A DNA stretch of 64,000 nt, taken from positions 322,276,001-322,340,000 of the forward strand of contig CM126205.1 in assembly GCA_052327205.1 (NCBI GenBank), written 5' to 3'. A model generated the notes under the pieces. That model had not been told where the DNA came from, searched no databases, and was given only the letters and a program-made list of their open reading frames with translations. The DNA is from Somniosus microcephalus. Taxonomy: Eukaryota. Positions 47,572-60,107 of the stretch are shown in pieces; within the stretch, counting starts at the first letter, position 1, and every line of letters starts with the position of its first letter. The position numbers were made by a program, and so were the translations under genes.

Positions 47572-48309
47572 ATTTCGGATTTCCAGCATCCGCGGTATTT
47601 TGCTATCGTACATGGATAGATTTTTGTTGGGCAAGGGTACATGGGAGCCAAGGCGTGTAGATGGAGTTGAGGTCACAGATCAGCCACGATCTAATTGAGT
47701 GGCGGAACAAGCTCGAGGGGCTGAATGGCCTCCTCCTGTGCCTGTCCTCCTAGTAAAAGCTTAAACTCAGAACTTTCTCACTCGGGCAAGATTGCGACAC
47801 CAGTTGAGCCAAGCTAACAGCACAGCCCAGCAAGCAGATCTTGTTAGTCTGGGCTGGATTCAATCTCTGACCCCAGAGGTGAAACCAAAGCTTGCTAAGA
47901 AAGAAAGAACGATTGTGCATTTATATAGTCCCTTTCATGACTGCCGGTTCTTTCAGTCCTGTTTGTCCAATTCTGTGCCAGCGAATCCTCTAACACAGTT
48001 TGACTAATTGTTCCGGATCAACCATATTGCATGGAGGAATTCTCAATATCCAACAATCAAGGCTCCGGGAATTCTAAGATGCATGCAATGCCACAAAAAT
48101 GTGTTTGCGTGGGATCTCTTGGAGCTGCAGAGATTCTCGAGGACTGTAGGATTAATTAGGCTTCAATTTCTTTTCCGTGAAGTTATTTTTCTCTCTTCAT
48201 TCGTCCTCATTCTCCGACCGAGCTGTTTCCAGATTTTTGTTGCTGGATGTTAGCAAGACTGGCTCGAGCTGTGTCCTTTCCCCACTTTTCATCCATGTTG
48301 TAAAGAAAA

Positions 48310-48670
48310 AGAGAAAGAAGAATCTATACAGCGCCTTTCATGACCTCAGGATGTCCCAAAGCACTTTACAGCCAATGATGTCCTTTTGAAGTCTAGTCAC
48401 TGTTGTAATGTAGGATATATTGGCTAGGACACCGGGGAGAACTCCCCTGCTCTTCTGCGAAATAGTGCCACAGGATCTTTTACGTCCACCTGAGAGAGGA
48501 GACGGGGCCTCGGTTTAATATCCAAAAGATAACACATCTAACAGTGCAGCACTCCCTCAGTACTGCGCTGGATTTCAACCTAGGTTTTGTGCACAAGTCT
48601 CTGGAGTGGGCACTTGAACCCCACAACCTTCTGACTCAGAGGCCAGCGTGTTACCCACTGAGCCACAGCT
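48310..48670 (-). mobile_element. Deu-SINE, internally deleted
   Basis: Reverse complement of the 26071 family head and tail. Confidence 0.8.
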
Positions 48671-49299
48671 GACACCATGCCGAGCATATGAAAATGATAG
48701 ACCGGAAAAGACCAGCTGGTCCATCGATCCTGTCCCATTTAGACACAGTGCAATAGAGCAGCAGGGTCCCTAACTCCCTGCCGCCCTCTATCAGAAGCAC
48801 CTCCTCTTCTCCCCACCACCCCAGTCACGTCTCAGCTCGGGTAAAGAGCTATTATGTGAGGAGTACAATCTTGCATTGCCACTTGGAATACCAAGCCATA
48901 TAGAGCAAGGAGGTCCCTAGTTTGACCCCTGGCCTTTTGTCGATCTAGCTGATGTCAGTCTCAGCAAGGCTGTGGGGTTCTATCACTGTCCTCAGTACAT
49001 CTCAAGGGAGAAGAGCCAAGGTGCAGGCTTCCTACTTCCCAATGATGCTCAGTTTCAACTGCTGACTGTTTTGAGGGGGACTGGTTTTGGCTTTTGGCCA
49101 TGATACCCCTCTACGGCTGATAACTCGATGACTATACCCACAAATAACGAATGACAGCTCGGGTGAGGCAGTGGAGGGTTACAAATGCACCCGAGGCACG
49201 ATTATAATTCAGCACCTCGGAAGGGACTAAATTCCAACTCATGGGGCGGAAGTTCTGAGCTGGAGGCCCAGCTCACTACGAGCCGCCATTGCAGTCATG

Positions 49300-51200
49300 T
49301 CAGCCGTGGCTCAGTGGGCAGCACTCTCATCTCGGAGTCAGAAGGTCGTGGGCTCATAGTCCCACTCCAGAGACTTGAGCACAAAAATCTAGGCTGACAC
49401 TCCAGCGCAGTGCTGAGGGAGTGCTGCACTGTCGGAGGTGCCGTCTTTTGGTTGAGGCGTTAAACCGAGGCCCCGTCTGCTCGTAAAAGATCCTGTAGCA
49501 CTGTTTGGAAGAAGAGCAGGGAAGTTATCCCCGGTGTCCTGGCCAATATTTATCCCTCAACTAACATCAGGATAACAGATTATCAAGTCATTATCAGATT
49601 GCTGAATGTGGGAGATTCCTGTTTGGAACAGTACCCATGGATTGGAGGGTAGCTAATGTTACCCCACTATTCAAAAAAGGTAGTAAAGAGAAAATGGGGA
49701 ATTATAGACCAGTGAGCCTGACATCGGTAGTGGGGAAAATGCTAGAGTCCATTATAAAAGATGTAATAGCAGAGCACTTGGAAAGCAGTGACAGGATCGA
49801 ATAAAGTCAACATGGATTTACAAAAGGTAAATCATGCTTGACTAATCTACTGGAATTTTTTGAGGATGTAACTGGTAAAATAGATAAGGGAGAACCAGTG
49901 GATGTGGTGTATTTGGACTTTCAGAAGGCTTTCAATAAGGTCCCGCATAAGAGATTAGCGTGTAAAGTTAAGGGACATGGGATTGGGGGCAAGGTATTGA
50001 CTTGGATAGAGAACTGGTTGGCAGACAGAAAGCAAAGAGTTGGAATATACGGGTCTTTTTCCGAGTGGCAGGTAGTGACTAGTGGGGTACCGCAGGGATC
50101 GGTCCTAGGACCCCAGCTATTCACAATATATATTAATGATCTAGACGAGGGAACTAGATGTAATATCTCCAAGTTTGCAGACGACACAAAGCTGGGTGGG
50201 CGTGTGTGCTGTGAGGAGGATGCAGAGAAACTCCAGTATGATTTGGACAGGTTGGGTGATTGGGCAGAAGCATGGCAGATGCAGTATAATGTGGATAAAT
50301 GTGAGGTTATCCACTTTGGTGTCAAAAACAGGAAGGCAGATTATTATCTGAATGGCAATAGATTGGGAGAAGGGGAAGTGCAACGAGACCTGGGTGTCGT
50401 TGTGCACCAGTCGCTGAAGGTAAGCATGCAGGTGCAGCAGGCGGTTAAAAAGGCAAATGGTATGTTGGCCTTCGTAGCGAGAGGGTTCGAGTACAGGAAC
50501 AAGGATGTCTTGCTGCAGTTGTACAGGGCCTTGGTGAGACCACACCTTGAGTATTGTGTGCAGTTTTGGTTGCCTTACCTGAGGAAGGATGTTCTTGCCA
50601 TGGAGGGAGCGCAGCGAAGATTCACCAGGCTGATACTTGGGATGGCAGGAATGACGTATGAGGAGAGATTGGGTTGATTGGGCTTATACTCGCTGGAGTT
50701 TAGAAGAATGAGAGGGGATCTCATTGAAACTTATAAAATTCTAATGGGACTAGACAGACTAGATGCAAGAAGGATGTTCCCGATGGCTGGGGAGTCCAGA
50801 ACCAGGGGTCACAGTCTAAGGGTAAGGGGTAAGCCATTTAGGAGAGAGATGAGGAGGAATTTCTTCATCCAGGGAGTGGTGAACCTGTGGAATTCTCTAC
50901 CACAGAAGGCAGTGGAGGCCAATTCATTAAATATATTCAAGAAGGAGTTAGATATATTTCTTAAGGCTAAAGGGATCAAGGGATATGGGGAGAAAGCAGG
51001 GACGGGGTACTGAATTTGGATGATCAGCCATGATCTCATTGAATGGCGGAGCAGGCTCGAGGGGCCGAATGGCCGACTCCTGCTCCTATCTTCTATGTAA
51101 CAGCTGCATTTCCCACATTACAACAGTGACTAAACTTCAAAAGTACTTCATTGGCTATATGAGTTTGTGAAAGGCGCTATATAAATGCAAGTTCTTTCTT
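49300..51200 (+). mobile_element. Deu-SINE split by a CR1 insertion
   Basis: Head/body 49300-49612, tail 51098-51200. Confidence 0.8.
49612..51097 (+). mobile_element. CR1 LINE RT-to-3' fragment with stops
   Basis: ORFs 49838-50677 and 50678-51013 closely similar to the 33345 CR1. Confidence 0.94.
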
Positions 51201-51739
51201 TTTTTTTGTCCGATCTCTTCAGGGAGTAAGACCTGTCTGCCAGACTGTCCCTCTTTTAACACATTGACAGGTCTGGTGATGTGCTGTGGGTGGGGGGCGG
51301 GCGGGAGTGGGGGAGAGATAAAAAGAAAGAAAGCCAGAGGTCACAAATTTGACCTTTTGAGAAAAGCTTAAATCCTTTAAATCCTTCGCAGACTGTAAAA
51401 CGGTCACACTCTCCATCTAACCAGGAACGTTACGATTGACTTTAGTAAATGCTTCTGGGCGCGACCTAGGGATTAGTCCCATTCACAGGAATCCTGTCTT
51501 GCTGTGCAGCAGCAGGATGAAGTGAGATTGGTTTCAGATTATTGAAGTTGGGTCAAGATATGTTGTTTTCCCCTCTGGATAAAAGCACGCTGTTGCCACG
51601 GTAAAGTGCCTATAGGTGGGGTGTCAGCGTTTACAGCGTGACGACGATTAGGCTTCTCTCACCAAGTTCTCTTCGTGTTCCCTGACGGTGTTTACTGAAA
51701 CTTAGCATTGAAAAAAATGGTCTGGTACAAGCTGTCAAC

Positions 51740-53722
51740 GTGAGGGTGCTGTGTGAGTGTGTGAGGGTGCTGTGTGTGTGTGTGAGGGTGCTGTGTGTGT
51801 GTGTGAGGGTGCTGTGTGTGTGTGTGAGGGTGCTGTGTGTGTGAGGGTGCTGTGTGTGTGTGAGGGTGCTGTGTGTGTGAGGGTGCTGTGTGTGTGTGTG
51901 AGGGTGCTGTGTGTGTGTGTGAGGGTGCTGTGTGTGTGAGGGTGCTGTGTGTGTGAGGGTGCTGTGTGTGTGAGGGTGCTGTGTGTGTGTGAGGGTGCTG
52001 TGTGTGTGTGAGGGTGCTGTGTGTGTGAGGGTGCTGTGTGTGTGAGGGTGCTGTGTGTGTGTGAGGGTGCTGTGTGTGTGAGGGTGCTGTGTGTGTGAGG
52101 GTGCTGTGTGTGTGAGGGTGCTGTGTGTGTGTGAGGGTGCTGTGTGTGTGAGGGTGCTGTGTGTGTGTGAGGGTGCTGTGTGTGTGTGAGGGTGCTGTGT
52201 GTGTGAGGGTGCTGTGTGTGTGAGGGTGCTGTGTGTGTGTGAGGGTGCTGTGTGTGTGTGAGGGTGCTGTGTGTGTGTGAGGGTGCTGTGTGTGAGTGAG
52301 GGTGCTGTGTGTGTGTGTGAGGGTGCTGTGCGTGTGAGGGTGCTGTGTGTGTGTGAGGGTGCTGTGTGTGTGAGGGTGCTGTGTGTGTGTGAGGGTGCTG
52401 TGAGGGTGCTGTGTGTGTGTGTGAGGGTGCTGTGTGTGTGAGGGTGCTGTGTGTGTGAGGGTGCTGTGTGTGCGTGTGAGGGTGCTGTGTGTGTGTGTGA
52501 GGGTGCTGTGTGTGTGAGGGTGCTGTGTGTGTGAGGGTGCTGTGTGTGTGTGAGGGTGCTGTGTGTGTGTGAGGGTGCTGTGTGTGTGTGAGGGTGCTGT
52601 GTGAGTGAGGGTGCTGTGTGCGTGTGAGGGTGCTGTGTGTGTGTGTGAGGGTGCTGTGTGTGTGAGGGTGCTGTGTGTGTGAGGGTGCTGTGTGTGTGTG
52701 TGAGGGTGCTGTGTGTGTGAGGGTGCTGTGTGTGTGTGTGAGGGTGCTGTGTGTGTGAGGGTGCTGTGTGTGTGTGAGGGTGCTGTGTGTGTGTGAGGGT
52801 GCTGTGTGTGTGTGAGGGTGCTGTGTGCGTGTGAGGGTGCTGTGTGTGTGTGTGAGGGTGCTGTGTGTGTGAGGGTGCTGTGTGTGTGTGAGGGTGCTGT
52901 GTGTGTGTGAGGGTGCTGTGTGTGTGTGAGGGTGCTGTGTGTGTGTGAGGGTGCTGTGTGTGTGTGAGGGTGCTGTGTGTGTGTGAGGGTGCTGTGTGTG
53001 TGTGAGGGTGCTGTGTGTGTGTGAGGGTGCTGTGTGTGTGTGTGAGGGTGCTGTGTGTGTGTGTGAGGGTGCTGTGTGAGTGAGGGTGCTGTGTGAGTGA
53101 GGGTGCTGTGTGTGTGTATGAGGGTGCTGTGTGTGTGTGAGGGTGCTGTGTGTGTGTGAGGGTGCTGTGTGTGTGTGAGGGTGCTGTGTGTGTGTGAGGG
53201 TGCTGTGTGTGTGTGTGTGAGGGTGCTGTGTGTGCATGTGAGGGTGCTGTGTGTGTGTGAGGGTGCTGTGTGTGTGTGTGAGGGTGCTGTGTGTGTGTGT
53301 GAGGGTGCTGTGTGTGTGTGTGAGGGTGCTGTGTGTGTGTGTTAGGGTGCTGTGTGAGTGTGTGAGGGTGCTGTGTGTGTGTGAGGGTGCTGTGTGTGTG
53401 TGTGTGAGGGTGCTGTGTGTATGTGTGAGGGTGCTGTGTGTGTGTGTGAGGGTGCTGTGTGTGTGTGAGGGTGCTGTGTGTGTGTGAGGGTGCTGTGTGT
53501 GTGTGTGTGAGGGTGCTGTGTGTATGTGTGAGGGTGCTGTGTGTGTGAGGGTGCTGTGTGTGTGTGAGGGTGCTGTGTGTGTGTGTGAGGGTGCTGTGTG
53601 TATGTGTGAGGGTGCTGTGTGTGTGAGGGTGCTGTGTGTGTGTGAGGGTGCTGTGTGTGTGTGTGAGGGTGCTGTGTGTGTGTGTGAGGGTGCTGTGTGT
53701 GTGAGGGTGCTGCGTGTGTGTG
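51740..53722. repeat. 2-kb compound repeat [gagggtgct(gt)n]
   Basis: Constant 9-bp core separated by variable GT tracts, roughly 90 units. Confidence 0.98.
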
Positions 53723-54048
53723 GATGTGTGATTTTATTTTCTGAGCTCCTGAACCTGCTGTCTGTTACTGGGGTACAGCGCTGCAGGTGCTTGTGCATCC
53801 GCTCATGCCTCACACAAGTGGCTGCTTCTCGTGAGTTCAAGCAGTGGGCTATTCCAACAGGGGAGTCATCGCAACTGAGGCAGATTTGTCCTCGACTGAC
53901 TAACACTGACACGCGTGCGTTTTCCCCACAGGGCTCAAGGGATGTCGATGGGGAGCTGGAAACTTTGTTGATATGTTCCTTTCTTTTCTCACTGCGTGTA
54001 TTGACACCACTGTGTCAGCCAGTGAGTTGGAGGCAGGAAGGAACTCAC

Positions 54049-54238
54049 GGCAAACAGAATCTATTTTACAGCGAATAGTCTATTTTACAGCGAACAGAGT
54101 CTATTTTACAGCGAACAGGATCTATTTTACAGCGAACAGGGTCTATTTTTTACAGCAAACAGGATCTATTTTACAGCGAACAGAATCTATTTTACAGCGA
54201 ACAGAATCTATTTACTCAGCAAACAAAGTCTATTTAAA
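54049..54238. repeat. 21-bp tandem repeat, about 9 copies
   Basis: Unit acagcgaacagagtctatttt. Confidence 0.9.
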
Positions 54239-54799
54239 CCAAGTCTCTATGAACTACAGCAAAGAGAATTCGTGACCCAAAGTCTCCCCTCAATAAAAAC
54301 AGGATTATTTCTCCAGCACAATGCTGTGAGTGGAGGATAGTTACATAATACATATTATGTGCGTAAAATCAATCCCAGTCACTGACGGCAGTGCGGTCTC
54401 CAGGCGTGATTGATGGGGGAATTGCCCAATCATCTCCATTCTGCCTGGGTCTTGTGGCATCACCATATGCAGCCATATTTCTCCCTGCTCTCTCCCCCTG
54501 CCTTCCCCTCACTTCCCCATTCTCAAGATCTGCTAACACAGCACAGACTGGGAACCAAATGTGGGACCATCCCAGTATACGTGGGTAGTGTACTTACCAA
54601 CTGAGCCATCAGGGGACCCTGTAATGGTGTTTGGAATGGTACTTACAATACAGATTGTTCTGGAAACTGAGTCTGCCTGTAAGCACAGCCAACATATAGC
54701 ACTGCCCTTTGAACCTTATCAGGCAAACCCCTGGATCCAGAGATTAGACTCTCCCTCGGACAGATCAGCAAGGGCTACCAGTATCAGCTACCGCCTAAC

Positions 54800-55250
54800 C
54801 TGGGTTGAGAGGGTTGCCCTATGAGGAGAGATTGAGTAGATTGGGCCTAAACTCTCTGGAGTTTAGAAGAATGAAAGGGGATCTCATTGAAACATATAAG
54901 ATTCTGAGGAGGGTTGACAGGGTAGATGCTGAGAGGCTGTTTCCCATGGCTGGAGAGTCTAGAACTAGGGGTCACAGTCTCAGGATAAGGGGTCGGCCAT
55001 TTAGGACTGAGATGAGGAGAAATGTCTTCACTCAGTGGGTTGTGAATCTTTGGAATCCTCTACCCCAGAGGGCTGTGGATGCTGAGTCGTTGAGTATATT
55101 CAAGGCTGAGATCGATAGATTTTTTGATACTAAGGGAATCGAGGGATATGGAGGTCTGGTGGGAAAGTGGAGTTGAGGTCGAAGATCAGCCATGATCTTG
55201 TTGAATGCCGGAACAGTATCTCCTACTCCTGCTCCTGTTTCTTATGTTTC
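54800..55250 (+). mobile_element. CR1 LINE 3' fragment
   Basis: YEERLSRLGL.SLEFRRMKGDLIE ORF 54805-55176. Confidence 0.92.
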
Positions 55251-55376
55251 TTAACTTCAAGAGATTCAGCAAGGGGCTTTGAGAAGGGTCAAAAAAGATT
55301 TAGTACACCCCGCTTATTCATTGAAAGAATGGGTTGCATTTATATAGCGCCTTTTATGTTTTGTTTCTTTACCTTA

Positions 55377-56265
55377 ACTTGGAACATAGGAGCGAGAGGA
55401 GGCCATTCAGCCCCTCGAGCCTGTTCTGCCATTCAGTTAGATCATGGCTGATCTGTATCTTAACTCCATCTACCTGCCTTTGTTCTGTATCCCTTAATAC
55501 TCTTACCTAACAAAAATCTATCAATCTCAGTTTTTGAAATTATTAATTGACCCTCAGCCTCAATAGCTGTTTTGGGGGGAAAGAGTTCCAGATTTCCACT
55601 ACCCTTTGTGTGAAGAAGTGCTTCCTGACATCACCCCTGAACGGCCTGGCTCTAATTTTAAGGTTGCGCCCTCTTGTCCTGGACTCCCCGCACCAGAGGA
55701 AATAGTTTCTCTCTATCAACCCTATCCAATCACAGAAACCCCACAGTGCAGATAGAGGCCATTTCGGCCCATCGAGCCTGCACCGACACATATCCCACCC
55801 AATCCCCGTAACCCCTACACCAACACATATCCCACCCGATCCCCGTAACCCCATGTATTTAATCCCCCTAACACTAAGGGTCAATTTATCATAGCCAATC
55901 AACCTAACCCGCACATCTTTGGACTGTGGGAGGAAACCGGAGCACCCGGAGAAAACCCACGCAAACACGGGGAGAATGTGCAAACTCCACACAGACAGTC
56001 GCCCGAGGCCGGATTCGAACCCGGGTCCCTGTCGCTGTGAGGCAACAGTGCTAACCACTATGCCACCGTGATCGTCTTAAACACCTCAACTAGATCACCT
56101 CTTAATCTTCTATACTCGAGTGAATACAAGCATGGTTTATGCAACCTGTCCTGATAATTTAACCCTTTTTAGCCCCGGTGTCATTCTGGTGAATCTGCAC
56201 TGCCCCCCTCCGAGGCCAACGTACCCTTCCTGAGGTACGGTGCCCAGAACTGAACACAGTTACTC
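55377..56265 (-). mobile_element. CR1 3' fragment interrupted by a V-SINE
   Basis: ESRTRGRNLKIRARPFRGDVRKHFFTQR on the - strand; resumes after 56070. Confidence 0.85.
55728..56070 (-). mobile_element. V-SINE (HE1-like), full length
   Basis: Head cacggtggcatagtggttagcac..gggttcgaatcc, V-domain gtgtggagtttgcacattctcccc..ctccggtttcctcccaca, CR1-type tail. Confidence 0.88.
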
Positions 56266-56969
56266 AAATATATGACACAACATGATAGTTCCCCCCAAAA
56301 TTAAGCCCGATATGAGACATATTATTTTCTAGGCCAAATGAGTTGCATGTCCCGACGATTCATGTGGTGTTGATGGTGTAAGAGAAGAAGGGAGTTTAAT
56401 GCAGTTAATGTGCTGGGGATTGGCAGCTGATGGGATAAGACATTAAGAAGACACTGTTTCCGTGCGATGATAGCCCAAAGGTGCTGACTGAGAGTTGGCA
56501 GCCGGCTTTTCCTCTGTTGCCACGGGTAACCCGAGAATCCATCAGAATTGCAAGCCCCTCACCCTCCCGCCCCCCACCATGATAAAGGCAGAAAGTTAAG
56601 TCTTGGCATTTAGTTTCCATTCATTTAATTTAAAACCCTGCCATTGACAGTTACCAGACTGAGATTCTCACAGCCTGGGGCAGCAATAAAACAAATACCA
56701 GCAGAGGTTGGACTTTGATGGGGGAGAGGGGCGGGGTGGGGGGGGGGCGGGTGGTTTCAATCCTGTTATAAATTAACAGGGTCATTTGAACTTTACAGTT
56801 CTTTTTCCACTCAGAAAGAACTGAGGTAGATTTAAGACCAACATGAGTTCGCGTTTAGCTCCACCGTAAACTTACTGCCCTATGTGTAACTATTTAGTAT
56901 TTATCGTCGGGATGGGGGTGAGGCTGGAACGGATATGTTTATTGCCCATTCCCTAATTGCCATGAGACG

Positions 56970-57507
56970 TTGGTCGACTATTCCAACGCTCTCCCGGCCT
57001 CCCACCTTGCGCCCTCCGCAAACTTGAGCTCATCCAAAACTCTGCTGCCCGCGTCCCTAAGTTCCATTCCCTGTGCTCGCTGACCTATCCTGGCTCCCGG
57101 TCCGGCAACGCCTCAGTTTTAAAATTCCCATTCGTGTTTTCGGATCCCTCCATGGCCCTCGCCCCTCCCTATCTCTGTGACCGCCTCCAGCCCCACAACC
57201 CTCCGAGATATCTGCGCTCCTCCAAAATTCTGGCCTTTGGCAGATTCCCGATTTTCTTCGCCCCACCATTGGCGGCCGTGCCTTCAGCTGCCTGGGGCCC
57301 TAAGCTCTGAAATTCCCTCCTTACCTCTCTCGTCTCCTTTAAGACGCTCCGTAAAACCTACCTCTTTGACCAAGCTTTTGGTCACCGGTCCTAATATCAC
57401 CTTATGTGGCTCGGTGTCAAATTTTATTTGATAAATGTTCCTGTGAAGTGCCTGGGGACGTTTTAGTACGTTAAAGACGCTATAGAAATGCAAATTGTTG
57501 TTGTTGC
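56970..57507 (+). mobile_element. L2 LINE 3' fragment
   Basis: Same family as 40990 and 42880; tail aaatgcaaattgttgttgttg. Confidence 0.85.
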
Positions 57508-57953
57508 AGTCCTCGTGGTGCTGGTGCTTTCAAGATGGTGACTTAGCCGTACAGACTAGCAGCGTTCCTCGCTCAAATCTCTAGTCTGTGCTGAGTCAGC
57601 TGACCTCAACTGGTGTGGCAATAGGGGTGCTACCAAGGGACGAGGGAAGGTAGGGGAATCAGCCAGGGTTCCTCGTCTTGATGGGCATCACACAACCCTT
57701 CATGTATGGATTAGCTGGCGAATGTCTCACCACATTTTGTTGCAACATTTAAATCAGATTGATTTTGACATGTGTGGAACATTGGGTGACGATAGGGTGG
57801 GACTTGGCCACGGCCCCCTTCATCTGCATGTCCCAAACGTGTGTGGATACTCACTGTCTTGACTCACATGCGAGAGGCGGCCACTGCTTTACGGAGAAGC
57901 TTGGGGATTGGGGAGAAGGGGGTGATTCGGGGTCGCAAAATGTAAAACGCCTT

Positions 57954-58607
57954 GGGGGAAAAATTCGGTTGATTTGCATCTCCCATTAGCGCCTTAACGG
58001 GGCACAAAGCAACTAGCGCCCGGGCACGGCGCCACTAACGCCGCCCGTGAAATTCAGCGGGAGGTTAGCGGTGGCGGTAACCGTTAGCGCCCTGTGGCAC
58101 TGTGCCTCCGGCGATGACGTCATCGCCTGCGCAGCGCCCCGCTCGCGCCCCGGCCACGATCTTCGGTAGCGTCCCCTGACTTACCACCGGGCGCTATGTC
58201 CGACAGGGTTAGGGGGACCTACCTGCGGCCGGGGCGGCGCAAGTTAAAGGGGAGGTGCCAGGCAGCCATTTTTGTTGCTGGCCGCCTGCCAGGACCTGCC
58301 CCCTTTGCCGTCCCCGGCCTTCTGTGAAGCCCCCCCCCCCCTGCGGAGTGCCGGCTGTGCTCCGTGAACCCGCCACTTCTCTTGAGTGCCGGGCTCTTTT
58401 GCTGGCACTCCGATCCCTGGTGGCCCAGCTGGGCCCCTCCCCTTTCATAAGGGGAGGAAGGCCTGCAGTACCGCGTAGCGCTCCGCCTCCCTCTTGGGAC
58501 GCTACCAGTGAATTTCAGGCGCGGGGGCGCTAACTTTATCGGGGCACTAAAAGTAGCGCCCCGGCGAATTTAGCGCCCCAAAGTGGGCTCGACCCAATTT
58601 TGCCCCC
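57954..58607 (+). mobile_element. Non-autonomous Harbinger relative of copies 1 and 2, 654 bp
   Basis: Imperfect 16-bp TIR GGGGG(A/C)AAAATT(C/G)GGT; subterminal TTAGCGCC/GGCGCTAA arrays arranged as in the autonomous copies; TSD ambiguous. Confidence 0.82.
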
Positions 58608-58729
58608 TTGTGTAATAGCTGTGGGGGTAAAGACTTATTTTTCAAATACTTATCACTGTCTTAAAAACAGTGTCCAGTAGTGGGGACTTCATAAAAATAT
58701 GAAGGAAAGGTGTCCGCTTTGGTTCACCT

Positions 58730-59095
58730 CTAAGTCAGAAGGTTGTGGGTTCAAGTCCCACTCCAGGGACTTGAGCTCATAACCTAGGCCGGCACTTCAG
58801 TGCAACACTGAGAGGGTGCTGGTCTGTCGGAGGTGCCGTCTTTCCGATGAGATGTTAAACTGAGACCCCCCGTCTGCCCTCTCGGGTGAACGTGTTTCAA
58901 AGAAGAGCGTGGGGGTGGGGTGGGGGCGGGTTTCCTAATGTCTTGGCCAATAATTACCTTTCGACTAACACCTAAAGCAGATTACCTGGCCATTATCTCG
59001 TTGCTGTTTGTGGGAGCTTGCTGTGCACCTTTTGGCTGCTGCGCTTCCTACATTACAACATGAAAGGCACTATGTTAGTGCAAGTCTTGCTGTTC
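58730..59095 (+). mobile_element. Deu-SINE, degenerate
   Basis: agaaggttgtgggttcaagtcccactccag.. body and tail. Confidence 0.8.
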
Positions 59096-60107
59096 TTTAT
59101 GTATGAGGCATCAAGCATGGCCTCCCTGGAATAGATAGTTCAAGTATTCACTTTAATTAGCTACCTTCTGTGCTGATTTATTAACCTTGTTAGCAACTCT
59201 CATTTGCCCTTATTATCCTAATTAAGCAAGCATTTAAATTTTTGTTTCTTTAAAACACTGTAAATATATTTCGGAATGCCTTTTGCAGCTTACTAACTAA
59301 AGGGGAACTGCGCGTTGTATTGAGTTATCTTGCAGTTTGATTGATTAAAGCGAATTAATCTCGCAAACACACTGGCACCTCCTCAGCCTCCCTTGTCCCT
59401 CCATTTTAGGTGTTAAAGCTACTGGTTAAATTCCATGGATGCTCAATGCTCAGTTTAGTGTGGTACTGAGCCACAGAGACCAGGAGTGTTCCAGGTTTAA
59501 TCTCAGTCCATGCAGAGTCCGCTGATCTCTGTTGTGGGACAAAACAGTTAACCTTGGTTTCCCCCAGGCTAGGAAAGGGAAACAAATTGGCCATCGCTCC
59601 AATTCCTGATTGCTATCCAGTGACTCCCAGTAGAGTTATAAACAGCTTATCTGGTCAGTTATTTCATTGCTGTTTGTTGGGGTCTGGCTGTGTGAAAAAT
59701 GGCTGTTGTGTTTGAACTGCGGCGACTGTTTCTACACAAGCAAAGTCACTCAGTGCGTGTGAAGTTCATTTTGAGATGCAGATGAGGCGACCAGGCTTGA
59801 CTGTGATGCATCACACAGTAGAATAGCACTCTCTAGGCTCGCGTGTGAAGGATCACCATTTGGGCAAGGCGCCAGCGGGCTACGCAACCGTAGAGCGAGT
59901 CAGTGCCTTCGGGGAGGAGTGGAGAAAATCCGAGGGACGAGGAAGAACTGGCTGGCCAGAAGCAGTTCCGCTTCAGGCATTTCTGCAGCGATCCTTGTTG
60001 CCTTCTGCAAGGGGCTGTTGGGTGGTACTGGCTTGTGTGGCACCAGTGGGCTGTGACTTCACGGTGCCATGAAAAGTGGCATTACCCATCATTGGAGCAT
60101 TAGTGCC

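Noticed and set aside
51735-53912. 725-aa His/Thr-rich ORF
   Set aside because: Translation of a simple repeat that lacks stop codons on that strand
53932-54021. Next constitutive semaphorin exon
   Set aside because: The peptide lacks the expected PW..F....DFSQL..D motif; kept only as a cryptic-exon candidate
55990-56070. tRNA genes (also 12425, 26071, 49300)
   Set aside because: A/B boxes run into SINE bodies with no complete cloverleaf
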